The translations under genes were made by a program, and so were the position numbers. Shown piece by piece: positions 1-11,142 of a DNA stretch of 64,000 bases; the stretch's first letter is position 1; every line of letters begins with the position of its first letter. Below the pieces are notes generated by a model. It did no database searches. It was given only the letters and a program-made list of their open reading frames with translations, and had not been told where the DNA came from. The stretch is from Phaeosaccion multiseriatum (taxonomy: Eukaryota; Protista; Ochrophyta, other classes), in NCBI GenBank assembly GCA_965112735.1, contig OZ218958.1, forward strand, positions 682,001 through 746,000, given 5' to 3'.

Positions 1-237
1 TGAAAGGTACACTGAGGTTTATGGGAGGGAGTTTCGGGTGGTGATGGGAGGAGAGGACGACGAGGACGAAGAAGGCACCAGCAGCGAGGAAGAGGACGAA
101 GATGATGATCATGTCGATTACGGCGACGAGGAGGAGGAGTACATACGGAGGAGACGTGCGCTCAGTGAGCAGCACCATCGGGAAGAGGGCGGCGATAGTG
201 GCGACTCGGGGGAGGAGGATCCTAGTGATGGTAGTAG

Positions 238-269
<32 letters not shown>

Positions 270-3200
270 TTGAGGACGATGATGATTGTGAGGACGGTGA
301 AGGAGAGGGCTCCGAATGTTGTGGTAGTGACGGGGAGCGAGAGGAGTCAGAGGAGTCAGGGCGGTATGAAGAGGAGGAGTATCAAGGCCACCAGTCAATA
401 CGCGTATCACCAACTGTTGCTGCTGCGTACCCGCCGCCGCCGGCGGTGGTTCTCCCCTCCAGCCGAAGGTCCGGGAAGGGAGATGTCGTGACGCCATTAG
501 CCGAGCTTGCCAGCCCTGCCCCCAGCCGGGTGGGAGAGTATGTCAGCCCTGCAGACAGTCCCGCAGGGCCCGCAGGGGGTTATGTCAGTGACTCCGGGGT
601 TGGTCGCTTGGTGTTTGGTGGGGGCGGTCGGACATCACCCCCCCGAGGTTTACCCTCCGAGGGGACCACCACCACCACCACTGCTCCGCCAGCTGCTACT
701 GCTACTGCTGCTGCTGCAGCTTCCGCCGGCGGCCGAGGCTCCTCCCGCCGTAGCCCCAAGCTGATGAAGTATCGGAGGCCTTTCACCTCTCCTACGAAGC
801 GAGCGACTGCAGCTGCAGCTGCCGCTGCCACCTCTGCTGGTGCCAGGGACAGCAACGAGGAGGAGGTGGAGGAGGAGGAGGAGGAGGAGGAGGGAGGGCA
901 AGCGACCGGAAAGCCCCCACCACAACAACGGGGGGGATACGAGCGACAGAAGGGCACACACCACTTGCTCCCGTCAAGAGAGAGTGCGGAGATTCAGCAG
1001 GTAGTGATTGGGGTCGCTGCAGATGGCGACGGCGCAGGGGAAAAGGTGGAGGAGGAGGAGGAGGAGGGCGAGGAGGAGGAAGAGGAGCAGCTGCTGCTTG
1101 GAGAGCGTGGAATCGAACTCGCGGTGGAGGATGACCGAGGCTCTTTGTCCGAGCCTTCGGAGTGGACGGGGGATAAGTTGCTAGGAGCCACCGCCAAGAA
1201 GAAGGCGAGCAAGAGGAGGAGACTGATACTATTTGTGAAGGTAAGAGAGAGAGAGAGTGAGAGAGAGGAGAGAGAGAGAGAAAAGAGAACGAGAAATGGA
1301 GAGAATTGATACTTCCTCCTTGCCTGCTGCCCCTATCTACTCCAACTTCAACCCCCTTCATCCCCCCCCCCCCTTACCTGCCCCCCCACCAAAGTCGGGC
1401 TTTACGTCCTCCAAGGGCGGCAGCGCCTTCTCAGAGAGTGGTGGGGTAAGGCGACATCGCAAAGACAATCGTTCTTCGAGCCTGCCCGGCTCCGTGCCAG
1501 GCTCGGACGTGGAAGAAATGGAGCGCAAGCCACGGCGGAGGAGAAGGTTCAGGAGGTGGGAATATATTTACACAGACTCACAGACTGCAGACTCACTGAC
1601 TTACAAACCCAACCAGTGGGGGGGGGGGGGGGGCTGATGGGAGTTGATGATTCGCTCGTCACTGCACTGATCTAATTTGTGGTTATGGTGAGGTGTTCAC
1701 GATACATATATATATAGTCGCCACCTTCACCCCTCTCCTCCTTTGCAACGCAATATGTCTGTAGTTTTAGTCTCCGGGCCTTGATGCACACATCCCCCTC
1801 CCACGCCTCCCTCCTTCCCCTCTCTCTCTCCTCTGTTGTCTTGTCGGAGCAGACGAGGCAGAAAGGGGGCTCACGTCAGCAGGGCTCCGAGCATTAAATC
1901 GTCTGCCGAAGAGGAGGAAGAAGAAGAAGAAGAAGAAGAAGAAGAAGAGGGCGAGTACGATGAAAATGGGGTGCTACTGCCCAAGATCATGAAGCAGAAG
2001 AGATCACGTCATCAGGTTTCCGAGGCGAGGGTCGGTATTAGCGCCTACCCCAGACAGGAGGAAGGGGCGACTTTTGAAGACTCCGCTTGGCACTCGTGGA
2101 GAAGTGGGGCAGGGGAAGACTTTCAAGTGAGGACAAAGGGATATAACAAGAGCAAGATTAAAGGGCCGTCGGAGCAGGTGGGTGGGTGGTGTCAAGACCG
2201 GCCATCGGAGCGTGTGTCGGAGGTGGGAGGGAGGGAGGGAGGGACGGACGGAGGGAGGGCACCTAGACAGCCACACACAGAGAGAGTTGCAGATGTAGGA
2301 GAGTGGATACACAAGAGAAGCGAGAGGCGACGGTGGGGGGGGGGGGGGGCTTAGCAAAAGCGCCAACGAAGAGGAGATGCTTGAAACCTCCTGCTGAAAG
2401 CCTCCTGCTAGGAGCGTCCAGCACACTTGCATGTCCCGTTGGTCATCCGGCCTCTCCCCCGCTCTCTGCTCTTGCCCTAGTTCTTTCTATATCTGTCTAC
2501 TGTCTCTCTCTCACTCCCTCTCCACCCTCCCCCCCCCCCTTTGCACACACGCACGCACCCACAGGCAATGTTCGATCTCGTGGGCATGGACGGTTTCCAC
2601 TCCCTCACTCGCCTCAGTCGCGTGGTACCCATGATTGGGGGTCTGGACGAGATAGTGGGCAGCGCCCCCTCGGGTCACCCCGCGGTGCCAAACCTCCTTG
2701 TGATTAACGCTCAACTGCCCAACGAGGCGCCCCCCGGGGTCATGGCAGCGCCGCGCAGCGATGGCGTTACAGTCAACATCCTCTTCTACTTCAAGGCAAG
2801 TCGTGTGTGTACGTGTGCGACATGTCTCTCTTCGCCTCCCTCTCTCTCTCTTCTCTCTCCCCCCCACCCCCCCCCCTCCCCTCTCTCTCCCTCTTCATCT
2901 CTCCCTCTCTCTCTTCATCGGTTTACGTCCCAGCACCTTGGCAACTGAGCTCACATTCGAATGAAAGCTGCAACTCTAAACTAACCTGCGCAAGATGGCA
3001 CCCCTCCCTCCGTCTCTCCCGTCGCCTCTTTGTAACCGCCCCCCTCAGGCGTCTGCGTATCTGCGAGAGTGGCTCCTACCGGGCAAGCTTGAAGGTGCTC
3101 CAGAGAGCGTCCGACTCCTCGTCAGGTACGGAGGAGAGGAGAGGAGAGGAGAGAAGGAGGGAGAGGAGAGGAGAGGATAAGGAGCGAGAGGAGAAGGAGC

Positions 3201-4038
3201 GAGAGGAGAAGGAGGGAGAGGAGAAGGAGGGAGAGGAGATGGAGGGAGAGGAGAGGAGAAGGAGGGAGGGGGAGCGGTGGAGGAGGGGAGAGAAGAAGGA
3301 GGGGGAGGAGAGGAGAAGGAGGAGGAGGAGGAGGAGGAGGAGGAGGAGGAGGAGGAGGAGAAGGAGGAGGAGGAGGAGGGCGGTGGAGGAGGGGAGAGGA
3401 GAAGGAGGGAGGGGGAGGAGAGGGCAGGGATGATGAGACGGAGAAGTTGGGAGTACTGTGTGTGCGTGCGTGTGTGTGTGTGTGCGTGCCATCTATCCTC
3501 CATGTCGTGTAGCCACCATAGACAGCATCCATTGACCATTCATATGAGCTCTATATCTGAGCGTGTCGGCAGCCAGCCCCTCATAGAAACCTCCTCCATC
3601 TCTCTCTCTCTTTCTCTCACTCTCCTCTCTTCCATCTCACTCTCTCTCACTCACTCCCTCTCTCTCACACACACACTCACTCCCTCTCTCTCCCCCTCCC
3701 TCTCTCAGGTGGTTCGAGGAGGGTGAGCAAGACGATGAGGTCCGGGGGAGGTTCAAGCTCTTCGGCAATGTGCTCAACGCCGACGAGGTGAGGTACTTCA
3801 ACAAGGGGAGGGAGGGAGATGGTGGTAAGCTTGCCCTCCTTCATAGGGGGGCGCAGTAGCACCTCTGTCCTTTTCACCCGGGCCCGCACCTCCATTCCTT
3901 CCTTTCCTTCGCACTCCCACCCCCCATCTTTCAATCTGTCAACACTCTTACGTGTCTATCGATCCATCCATCCTTCCATCTATCCGTACATCCATGTATC
4001 TATGTATCCATCCGTCCATCTGTCCATCCATCCGTCCA

Positions 4039-4069
<31 letters not shown>

Positions 4070-4139
4070 CTGTGTGTGTCTGTGTGTGTGTGTGTGTATG
4101 TGTGTGTGTGCGTGTGTGTGCATGTGTGTGTGTGTGTCT

Positions 4140-4171
<32 letters not shown>

Positions 4172-5468
4172 CTGTGTGTATGTGTGTGTGTGTGTGTGTG
4201 TGCTCATCTCTGCCCTGCCGTCACCCAAGGCACACCCCATATATAAACACCCACGCCCCCCACCCCATCCACTGCCATCCTCCACTTCAGGTGGGCCTCC
4301 CCTCCGTCTGCCGAAGGTTCAACGGCAAACCCATCCTGATCCACGCCAAAGAGAGCACTTTGCACACAATCCCCAGCGTCAAGGATGATCGCTTTGGAGG
4401 ATGGGCGGAGCTCGACGTGAACGCCTTCTCCTTCTCGTGGTTCGGCAAGAAGGCGCTGTGGCAGGTGCAGGAGAATTGGCCGCTCTACGCGCTGAGGGTG
4501 GGGTTTTGCATTGAAGCTCGCTCGGATGAGGAGCAGCCCGAGCAGGTGAGAGAGAGAGAGAGGGAGATGAAATGCATTCCTGTTTTCCAAGTATTACGTA
4601 GTATTGCGTAAACTGACGAGACAAGCAGGCGACCACACGCGCACTTAAGAAAAACGAAGGGAGGACGTCAGTAAGTTAGTGGGGGAGGGGTGTACGTAAG
4701 TCAGGGGGACGGGGGTGAGTGGGGCTGAGTGGGTTTTACATGAAGTGTGGGAAAGCGCAACCGGAGGGGTGGGGAGAGCGAGGTAGAGAGAGGGGAGAGA
4801 GGGACACAGATAGAGGTAGAGAGAGAGAGAGAGAGAGATGTATTCCCTGCCTACGCTCCTTTTATCTCTTTGTTGATTGCCTTCCTTCCATGCAGTTGAC
4901 TGTGCTGTTGTCCTCCTGTTACTTTTTGTTGTTTTGTAACTCCGCGTCCTCTCGACCTGCTGGTGGGGGACACAAGCTACACAAGCACGCCCCCCTGACT
5001 TACGTACATCACTCCCCCACTGACTTACTGACACCCCCTCCCCTCTCAGGTGCTGGGGGCGGCTCTGCTCAAGGGCCTTCGTATAAATAACCTTCCAAGC
5101 GCACGGCTATCCGACGACGGCGCCAGGATACTCGTCAACGACGGAGAGGAGGAGGAGGAGGAGGAGGAGGAGGAGGAGGAGGAGGAGGAGGATGGTGGCA
5201 CCGACTCGGAAGAGGGGAGAGGGGCGAGGGGGGGTGCCGGCAGCGAGGCGGGTGGCAAGGCAAGCAGCGCAGGTGAGCAGAGGCAGGAGCAGGAGGGCAG
5301 GAGCAGGGGCAGCAGTTGGTGATACAGCACTGTCGTTGTTGTCGGTGGGCGATGCGATGGGAGCCTCCTGACTCACAAATAGCTCCTGAGAGATATGCCT
5401 GATACATGTCCCGACTTGTCGCGATGGCATATGGGAGCGTGCAGGGATGTGTGTGTGTGTGTGTGTGA

Positions 5469-5516
<48 letters not shown>

Positions 5517-5936
5517 ATGGGTGGGTGGGTGGGTGGGTGGGTGCATGTGTCTGTGTGTGTATGGGTGGGTGGGTGGGTGTGTGCATATGTCTGTGTATAT
5601 GGGTGTGAGGGTGGGTGCAGTGTGTGTGTGTGGGAGGGTGGGCCTATGTATATGTGTTTGGGTGGGCGGGCGGTAGCCTCCTTATTGCACGCACACGCAC
5701 ACCAGACCCTGGTCGTCTGTTCTCTCGCGCTCCCATGGGATGGGCATTGCTCTAATACTCCGTTTGGCCCACTTCCGTCCGGCCATCTTCCTTTCCCCTT
5801 CATACCGCCCCTCCTCCTACTACTACCACAACTCCACCCCTACTTCTCATCCTCTTCTTCTTCTTCTTCTTCTTCCTTCTCCCCTTCGCTGTCCTGGACA
5901 CCACAGCGGCTCAACCAATGAAGCGAAAAAAGAAAT

Positions 5937-5968
<32 letters not shown>

Positions 5969-6292
5969 GAGAGCGGGTGGTTCAAGGCCGTCCAAAGCAG
6001 CGTCGCCTGCGTCTTCCGCCTGGCCAGCTCTGTCCTCTGCACCGACGGGCTCCTCTTCATCCTCTTACTCATGGCACTCACTGCGCTTTGCTTTCAGCAC
6101 CAAGCTATGCAGAGAAGAGGGTTAGGACCAAGGTCAGGGCCGGACTCAGCTGGCTCAGGGATAGGGTCAGGGTCAGAAGGAGCGGGCTCGGAGCCGTCGT
6201 CGGACGCGTTGAGTCATTTCTTCGAGCACGCCGGGGCGACTGCTGCGGACTTCTTGAGCGGGGGGGGGGTGGCTGCTGAGACCGACGACTGA
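1..6292 (+). CDS. Multi-exon protein, 5'-truncated by the window edge: acidic low-complexity N-terminus, EDR2 C-terminal (DUF1336)-like domain, C-terminal transmembrane segment
   Basis: Exons ~1-1240, 1395-1555, 1853-2177, 2565-2795, 3049-3125, 3709-3787, 4291-4545, 5050-5272 and 5907-6292 splice in frame. Motifs FQVRTKGYNKSKIKGPS, LLVINAQLP, RFKLFGNVLN, FNGKPILI, ELDVN and GFCIEARSDEEQPEQVLG match DUF1336. Hydrophobic GLLFILLLMALTALCF lies near the C-terminus. The frame is open from base 2. Confidence 0.85.
4667..5032. repeat. 42-bp imperfect inverted repeat inside an intron (arms 4667-4708 and 4991-5032)
   Basis: GTCAGTAAGTTAGTGGGGGAGGGGTGTACGTAAGTCAGGGGG versus CCCCCTGACTTACGTACATCACTCCCCCACTGACTTACTGAC: 3 non-Watson-Crick positions, 2 of which would be G-U pairs in RNA. 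Confidence 0.9.
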
Positions 6293-7369
6293 TCTGGATT
6301 ACAAGTGCTCTCCTTCCTACTTGGATGCGCTGGTGCTGCTGTTGCTTGTAGTTAGTTGCTCCTCGGCTCTAGTGTGGGCAGCAGCGGGAGGAGTAGGTTG
6401 GTGATTCAGCAGCACGATGCAGTCTTGGTTTTGTCTTATTGCTTCACCCTTCGGACCACCACCCTGAGCAGGTCGGCAGCATGGTCTACTCGTACTCTCT
6501 CACTACTTGGAAGGGGAAGAAGTAGAGATACCTATTTCTCTATATATCCCAAAGCGTAAGGCCAGGCCAGCTGCTCAAGGCTTCCAGCCCTTCTGGATCG
6601 AGCCAGCCGCAGAAACGGCTGTTGCGGCGTGGGAGCGTGTGAAACGATGTTTCTTCTTCCTTCCTTCCAGCTACATTGCTTTGTGTCTGGTCGAACGATG
6701 AGGAGCGTGGTCTCTCCTCTCCGGGCAGACTTTCATGCTTATAAATGTGTTACAAGTTCAATGCAATTCTCGCACAATCGCGGCGTCACACGTGTGGATC
6801 GATCGCCTCTCCTTTCGTCGCATTCCCTCAGCCTCGGTGGCTCGATGTCCGCCTACTAGTGTAATACTAGGATCGATTGCAAGCCCACTTTCAGGAGGGA
6901 CCCAAGTCCACGCTGCTCGGGGCATAGTCTTCTCAAGCCAAAGCCCTTGAAAGCCTTCCTTCCCCCCACACACGCACTTTGGTAAGGCCGCGCTCTACTT
7001 GAAGACCCGCCTAGGAGCCTAGCTACGGGGGGGGCGCTCGTTGGGCGCGTCACGCATCGCACTCTCCCGCCAAAAGCAGCAGCTGCACGGAGCCAAGCTG
7101 ACTGTCACGGGTCAGGGAAAGCGAGTATACGAGGCAGTAGCAAGAGTAGCTTTAAAAAGCAGGGTTGCCGGCCTCACATGCATTGGTTCTCTTTCGCTCC
7201 TGCACTTTGGCACTTTGGGTTGATTGGGTCAGTAAGCAAATTGGGTTCTTCGACGCGTTGTGTCTGCTCTGGCTACCGACCACAGTGTGCGCCGGCCATA
7301 ATCAGTAATCAGGCCGACGCTACGGGCATATGATCTCTAGTGACGCCAATCGAAGACAAGGAGGTGACG

Positions 7370-8371
7370 ATGAGCTCAGCCTGCGCGAATGTGTTGTCTC
7401 AGAAAGACGCGATGAGGAAGGTGATGGACATCTTAGGCGAGGGGCATCACCTCTTCGTCGCGGGGGCGAGCAAGCGCTGGAGGAGCCTGTACATCGCCTC
7501 ATATCCAGCGTTGACGACCTCTCTTCGTAGCGTGGTGGGGTCTGTGGAGTGCGTCGAGTGGGTCATCCGGGGGGTGGAGGACGGGAATTTAATGCACCCA
7601 CGCACTATGGCAGCGGCTGCGCAGTTGGGAACTGTGAGCATCTGCCAGGCTCTCGAACCCAGTTGGCCTCCCTTCAGAACGGAGGACGTGTGCCAAGGTG
7701 CTGCGCGGAATGCTCAAAACGGCCTCAGCATTCTCAAGTGGCTCCGCTCGGATGATCGACCCACCAAGTGGCGGGGTGTATTCCAGCGACTCTGCTCCAC
7801 TGGCGGCGCTCATGCTAAGCGCCCGTGCCCATGGAACGAGACTGCGTGCGCTGAAGCTGCTTGGCGAGGGGACGTGGAGATGCTGACTTGGCTGCTGTCG
7901 GATGACGCCAACGCCCCCTTTGACCACAATGTCTGGGGTGGAGCTGCGAGGAAAGGGTGCATCAACGTGCTGGAGATGCTTCTGGCCCACCCCAAGGTCA
8001 GAGCTGTGCTGGAAGCAGCAGCAGAGTATGAAGGGGGTGAGGCGACAGAGCACGATGGTGGCAATCGGTGGAAGTACGGTGCTTACTGTGCCGCGAGTGG
8101 CGGGAAAGTGGAAGTACTGAGCTGGCTGTATGCACACGCTCAGGACTTGTGCCATTGGGACCGCTGGGTTTGCTGTAATGCCGTTTGTGCCAAGAGTTTG
8201 GCCACGTTGAAGTGGCTGCGATCAGAGAGTGTCATGTGTGCCTGGGACGAGCGCTCGTGCCCTGAACAGGTACTGCGCAAGGGGTTGAAGTGCATAGAGA
8301 GGGATGCGCGCTTCGAAGACATCAAACAGTGGGTACACGCCAACGGGCACCCCTGCGACTGCGAGGACTGA
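7370..8371 (+). CDS. Intronless ankyrin-repeat-like protein of the algal/giant-virus type
   Basis: First ATG is at 7370 (the ORF track starts at GTG 7340). N-terminal ILGEGHHLFVAGASKRWRSLY is followed by repeats CPWNETACAEAAWRGDVEMLTWL, AARKGCINVLEML, AASGGKVEVLSWL and terminal QWVHANGHP. Confidence 0.8.
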   Translation: MSSACANVLSQKDAMRKVMDILGEGHHLFVAGASKRWRSLYIASYPALTTSLRSVVGSVECVEWVIRGVEDGNLMHPRTMAAAAQLGTVSICQALEPSWPPFRTEDVCQGAARNAQNGLSILKWLRSDDRPTKWRGVFQRLCSTGGAHAKRPCPWNETACAEAAWRGDVEMLTWLLSDDANAPFDHNVWGGAARKGCINVLEMLLAHPKVRAVLEAAAEYEGGEATEHDGGNRWKYGAYCAASGGKVEVLSWLYAHAQDLCHWDRWVCCNAVCAKSLATLKWLRSESVMCAWDERSCPEQVLRKGLKCIERDARFEDIKQWVHANGHPCDCED

Positions 8372-9730
8372 GCTAAAACGGGCAGGCACTCCCGCAACTG
8401 CTGCGAGCCGCACTCCTTTTCTCACTCCTTGGTGGTTGTGATCGGATGTTTTGGACTTGAAAGGACGTCCACTCGGGCTCGGGCTCGGGCTCGTAAGCTG
8501 CTGGATCTTTGGGTTGCATGGAGCGGCCGGGGCCAGGCGCGCGTATGCCCTCCTCCGTGCGCTCTCGTCGCTGCTCACAAGAAAGGGACTTGTCTACAAT
8601 AGTAACGATAAAGGATAAATGATACCCCTCGATTAAAACAAATTCATTCAAGACTCCAGTAGAGAAGGTGCCATAGAGCTGTGGCAGAGATACACTCCAT
8701 TCTCGCGGAGGGCACATTCGCCCTTACTCGCCCTCCCGTCGCCTTCGGAGCCGCTGGTCCCTCCCCCTCACCCGCGAAGCCTCTGGTCTTGCTGCTCTCT
8801 CCCCCTGCTCCATCCCGCGCGTGTGCGTGCGTGCTCGCCTTCGACTCATTTGTGTACACGAAGCCTCTACCCGGAGCCTAGTGTACGGCATATAATGTCA
8901 CGGCACTGCCTCGCCCGAGCTACTGCTGCTGCGCATTACAGACACTCACCCACGCGACAAATGCGATAGAGCTCTCTCTCACTCTCACTCTCTCTCTCTC
9001 TCACTCTCACTCTCTCTCTCTCTCCCTCTCTCTCACTCTCACTCTCTCTCTCACTCTCTCTCTCTCTCTCTCTCTCCCTGGAAGGACCGCAGCCACTCAC
9101 ACCCCTTTCGTCAAAGAGGTCTGGCGAGAGGTGTGGGGGAAGAACGGTCGAGTCCGTCACCGTCACCACGCTCCTCTCAACAACGCCTTGCGCTTCAGCA
9201 GTTTCTACTGCTGTCAGCGGACTGGTATCAGCAGCACGACCATTACCATGGTCAACATGAGCATGCCCATATGACCATGATGAACATGACCAGCGATGAG
9301 ACCCCTACCGACAGCTACGCGCTTTTCTCCTTTCTCCTTTCTCCTGTGTTTGGCCACCGAAGAGCGAGCGCCGTCGTCGCTGTCTTTCATCTCCCTCCGT
9401 CTCTGCGTCTCTCTCCCTTCATCAGAGTCGAGGGCAGCTTCGGTAACGGATACAGACAGAGAGAGAGACCGGACAAGAGAGGGGAGAGGGGGAGAGAGCA
9501 GCCGGGTGAATGCTGCAGCTCTTGCACTCCCAAGGTCTTGGCACTTTGTCTGTTCAAAGTCACTCTCAGTCGCAGCGGGTACCCTTCCCCCATACGCTGC
9601 TATGCTATGCTCTGTTGCTGCTGCTGCTGCTGCTGTATCGCCAATTGCTGCTGCTGCTCGCGCTGCTTCGTGTCTTCCACCAAGAGCAGCAGAGGGCTTC
9701 GAGTGTGGTAATACAGCCATGCGAAGACCG

Positions 9731-10793
9731 TCACATGTCATTGAAAGGCCTTCCGTCTTCCCGCTGCAGCCAATTGTCAGCTGGATACGTCACGCCCTCC
9801 TTCCCCTGCCAACAGCACGCCAATACCACGCCAAGACCACGCCAATAGCATGCCAATACCACGCCAATAGCATGCCAATAGCACGCCAACAGCACGTCAA
9901 TAGCACGGACAGAGAGTACAACACACAACACGACAAGGAGGGCGCAAACAACAAGGGGGGGAGCCGTGAGATGAAGAGCAGAGTATAGTCAAGAGGGAGC
10001 AGTAGTGTAGAGTCAGACTATAGTCACTATAGTCAAGACAGAGCACAAGTGTCAAATAGTATAGGTATAGAGTACGTGCAGTTGCCAAGATCAAGCCCTT
10101 GCCCAGACAGAGTAGATGGCAGTAGATGGCCCTCCTTCACTCCCTGTCAGACAGCCACACCATGTGTTTTGCCCTAGCGACTAGCTCGCAAGCAAGCATG
10201 CATATGCCAGTCAGCAACGGGCTATGGTATGGGAAGGGTGTGTGTGTGTGTACGTGTGTGTGTGTGTGTGTGTGTGTGTACTCACATCAACGACGTGTGG
10301 GGTATGGGGGTATAGGGAGTCAACAAGGGGCATGGTATAGGGTAGATGGTGTACTCACATCAGTCAACAATGGGCATGGTGTTTTCAGCTGATGTGATCA
10401 TATCAATATAGGGGGTACTCAGTGTAGCTCAATACTCACATCAACGACGTGCAGGGTGTAGGCATGCCTCGACTTGTCAGATTTGTTCTCCAAGCTGTAG
10501 TGGACAACAGCACTGAGTTGAGGGAGGCGTGTGGAGGGAGGGGAGGGGGGGGGGTGGTGAGGAGGAGAGAGAGGGAGGGGGAGGGAGAGAGAAAGAACGG
10601 GAGGGGGGGAGGAAGTGAGTGAGAGAGGGAAGGGAGAGAGGGGAGAGGGGGGGGAGAGAGGAGGGAGAGGGAAAGAGGAGGAAGAGAGCGAATCAAAGGG
10701 ATAGATGTGGCTGAAGGGATGGGCAAGTAGTGGAGGCAGAGGGGGGCAACCTCGCACTACATCTACACAAATACACATAATATATATACATGT

Positions 10794-10845
<52 letters not shown>

Positions 10846-11074
10846 GTGCAGTAAGACAAGCGTGCCAGCCTTGACGGGCAGCGACACGGCACCCTCAAGG
10901 TCAAAGTCCTCCTCCGGTGCCGTGAATTCCAGCCCCGAGTCATCGGCCTTGCGTTTGAAGCGGCGGCACACGCCTCTCTAGGGAGTCAGTCGTGAGATGG
11001 AGGGTGGGAGAGGGAGGGGCGAGGGCGGGAGGAAGTGGGAGAGGGAGAGAGGGGGGGGGGAGGAGGAAGAGAGA

Positions 11075-11142
<68 letters not shown>

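Noticed and set aside
8936-9730. Overlapping ORFs downstream of PHYHD1
   Set aside because: Low-complexity, mutually overlapping and with no domain signature; likely 3' UTR.
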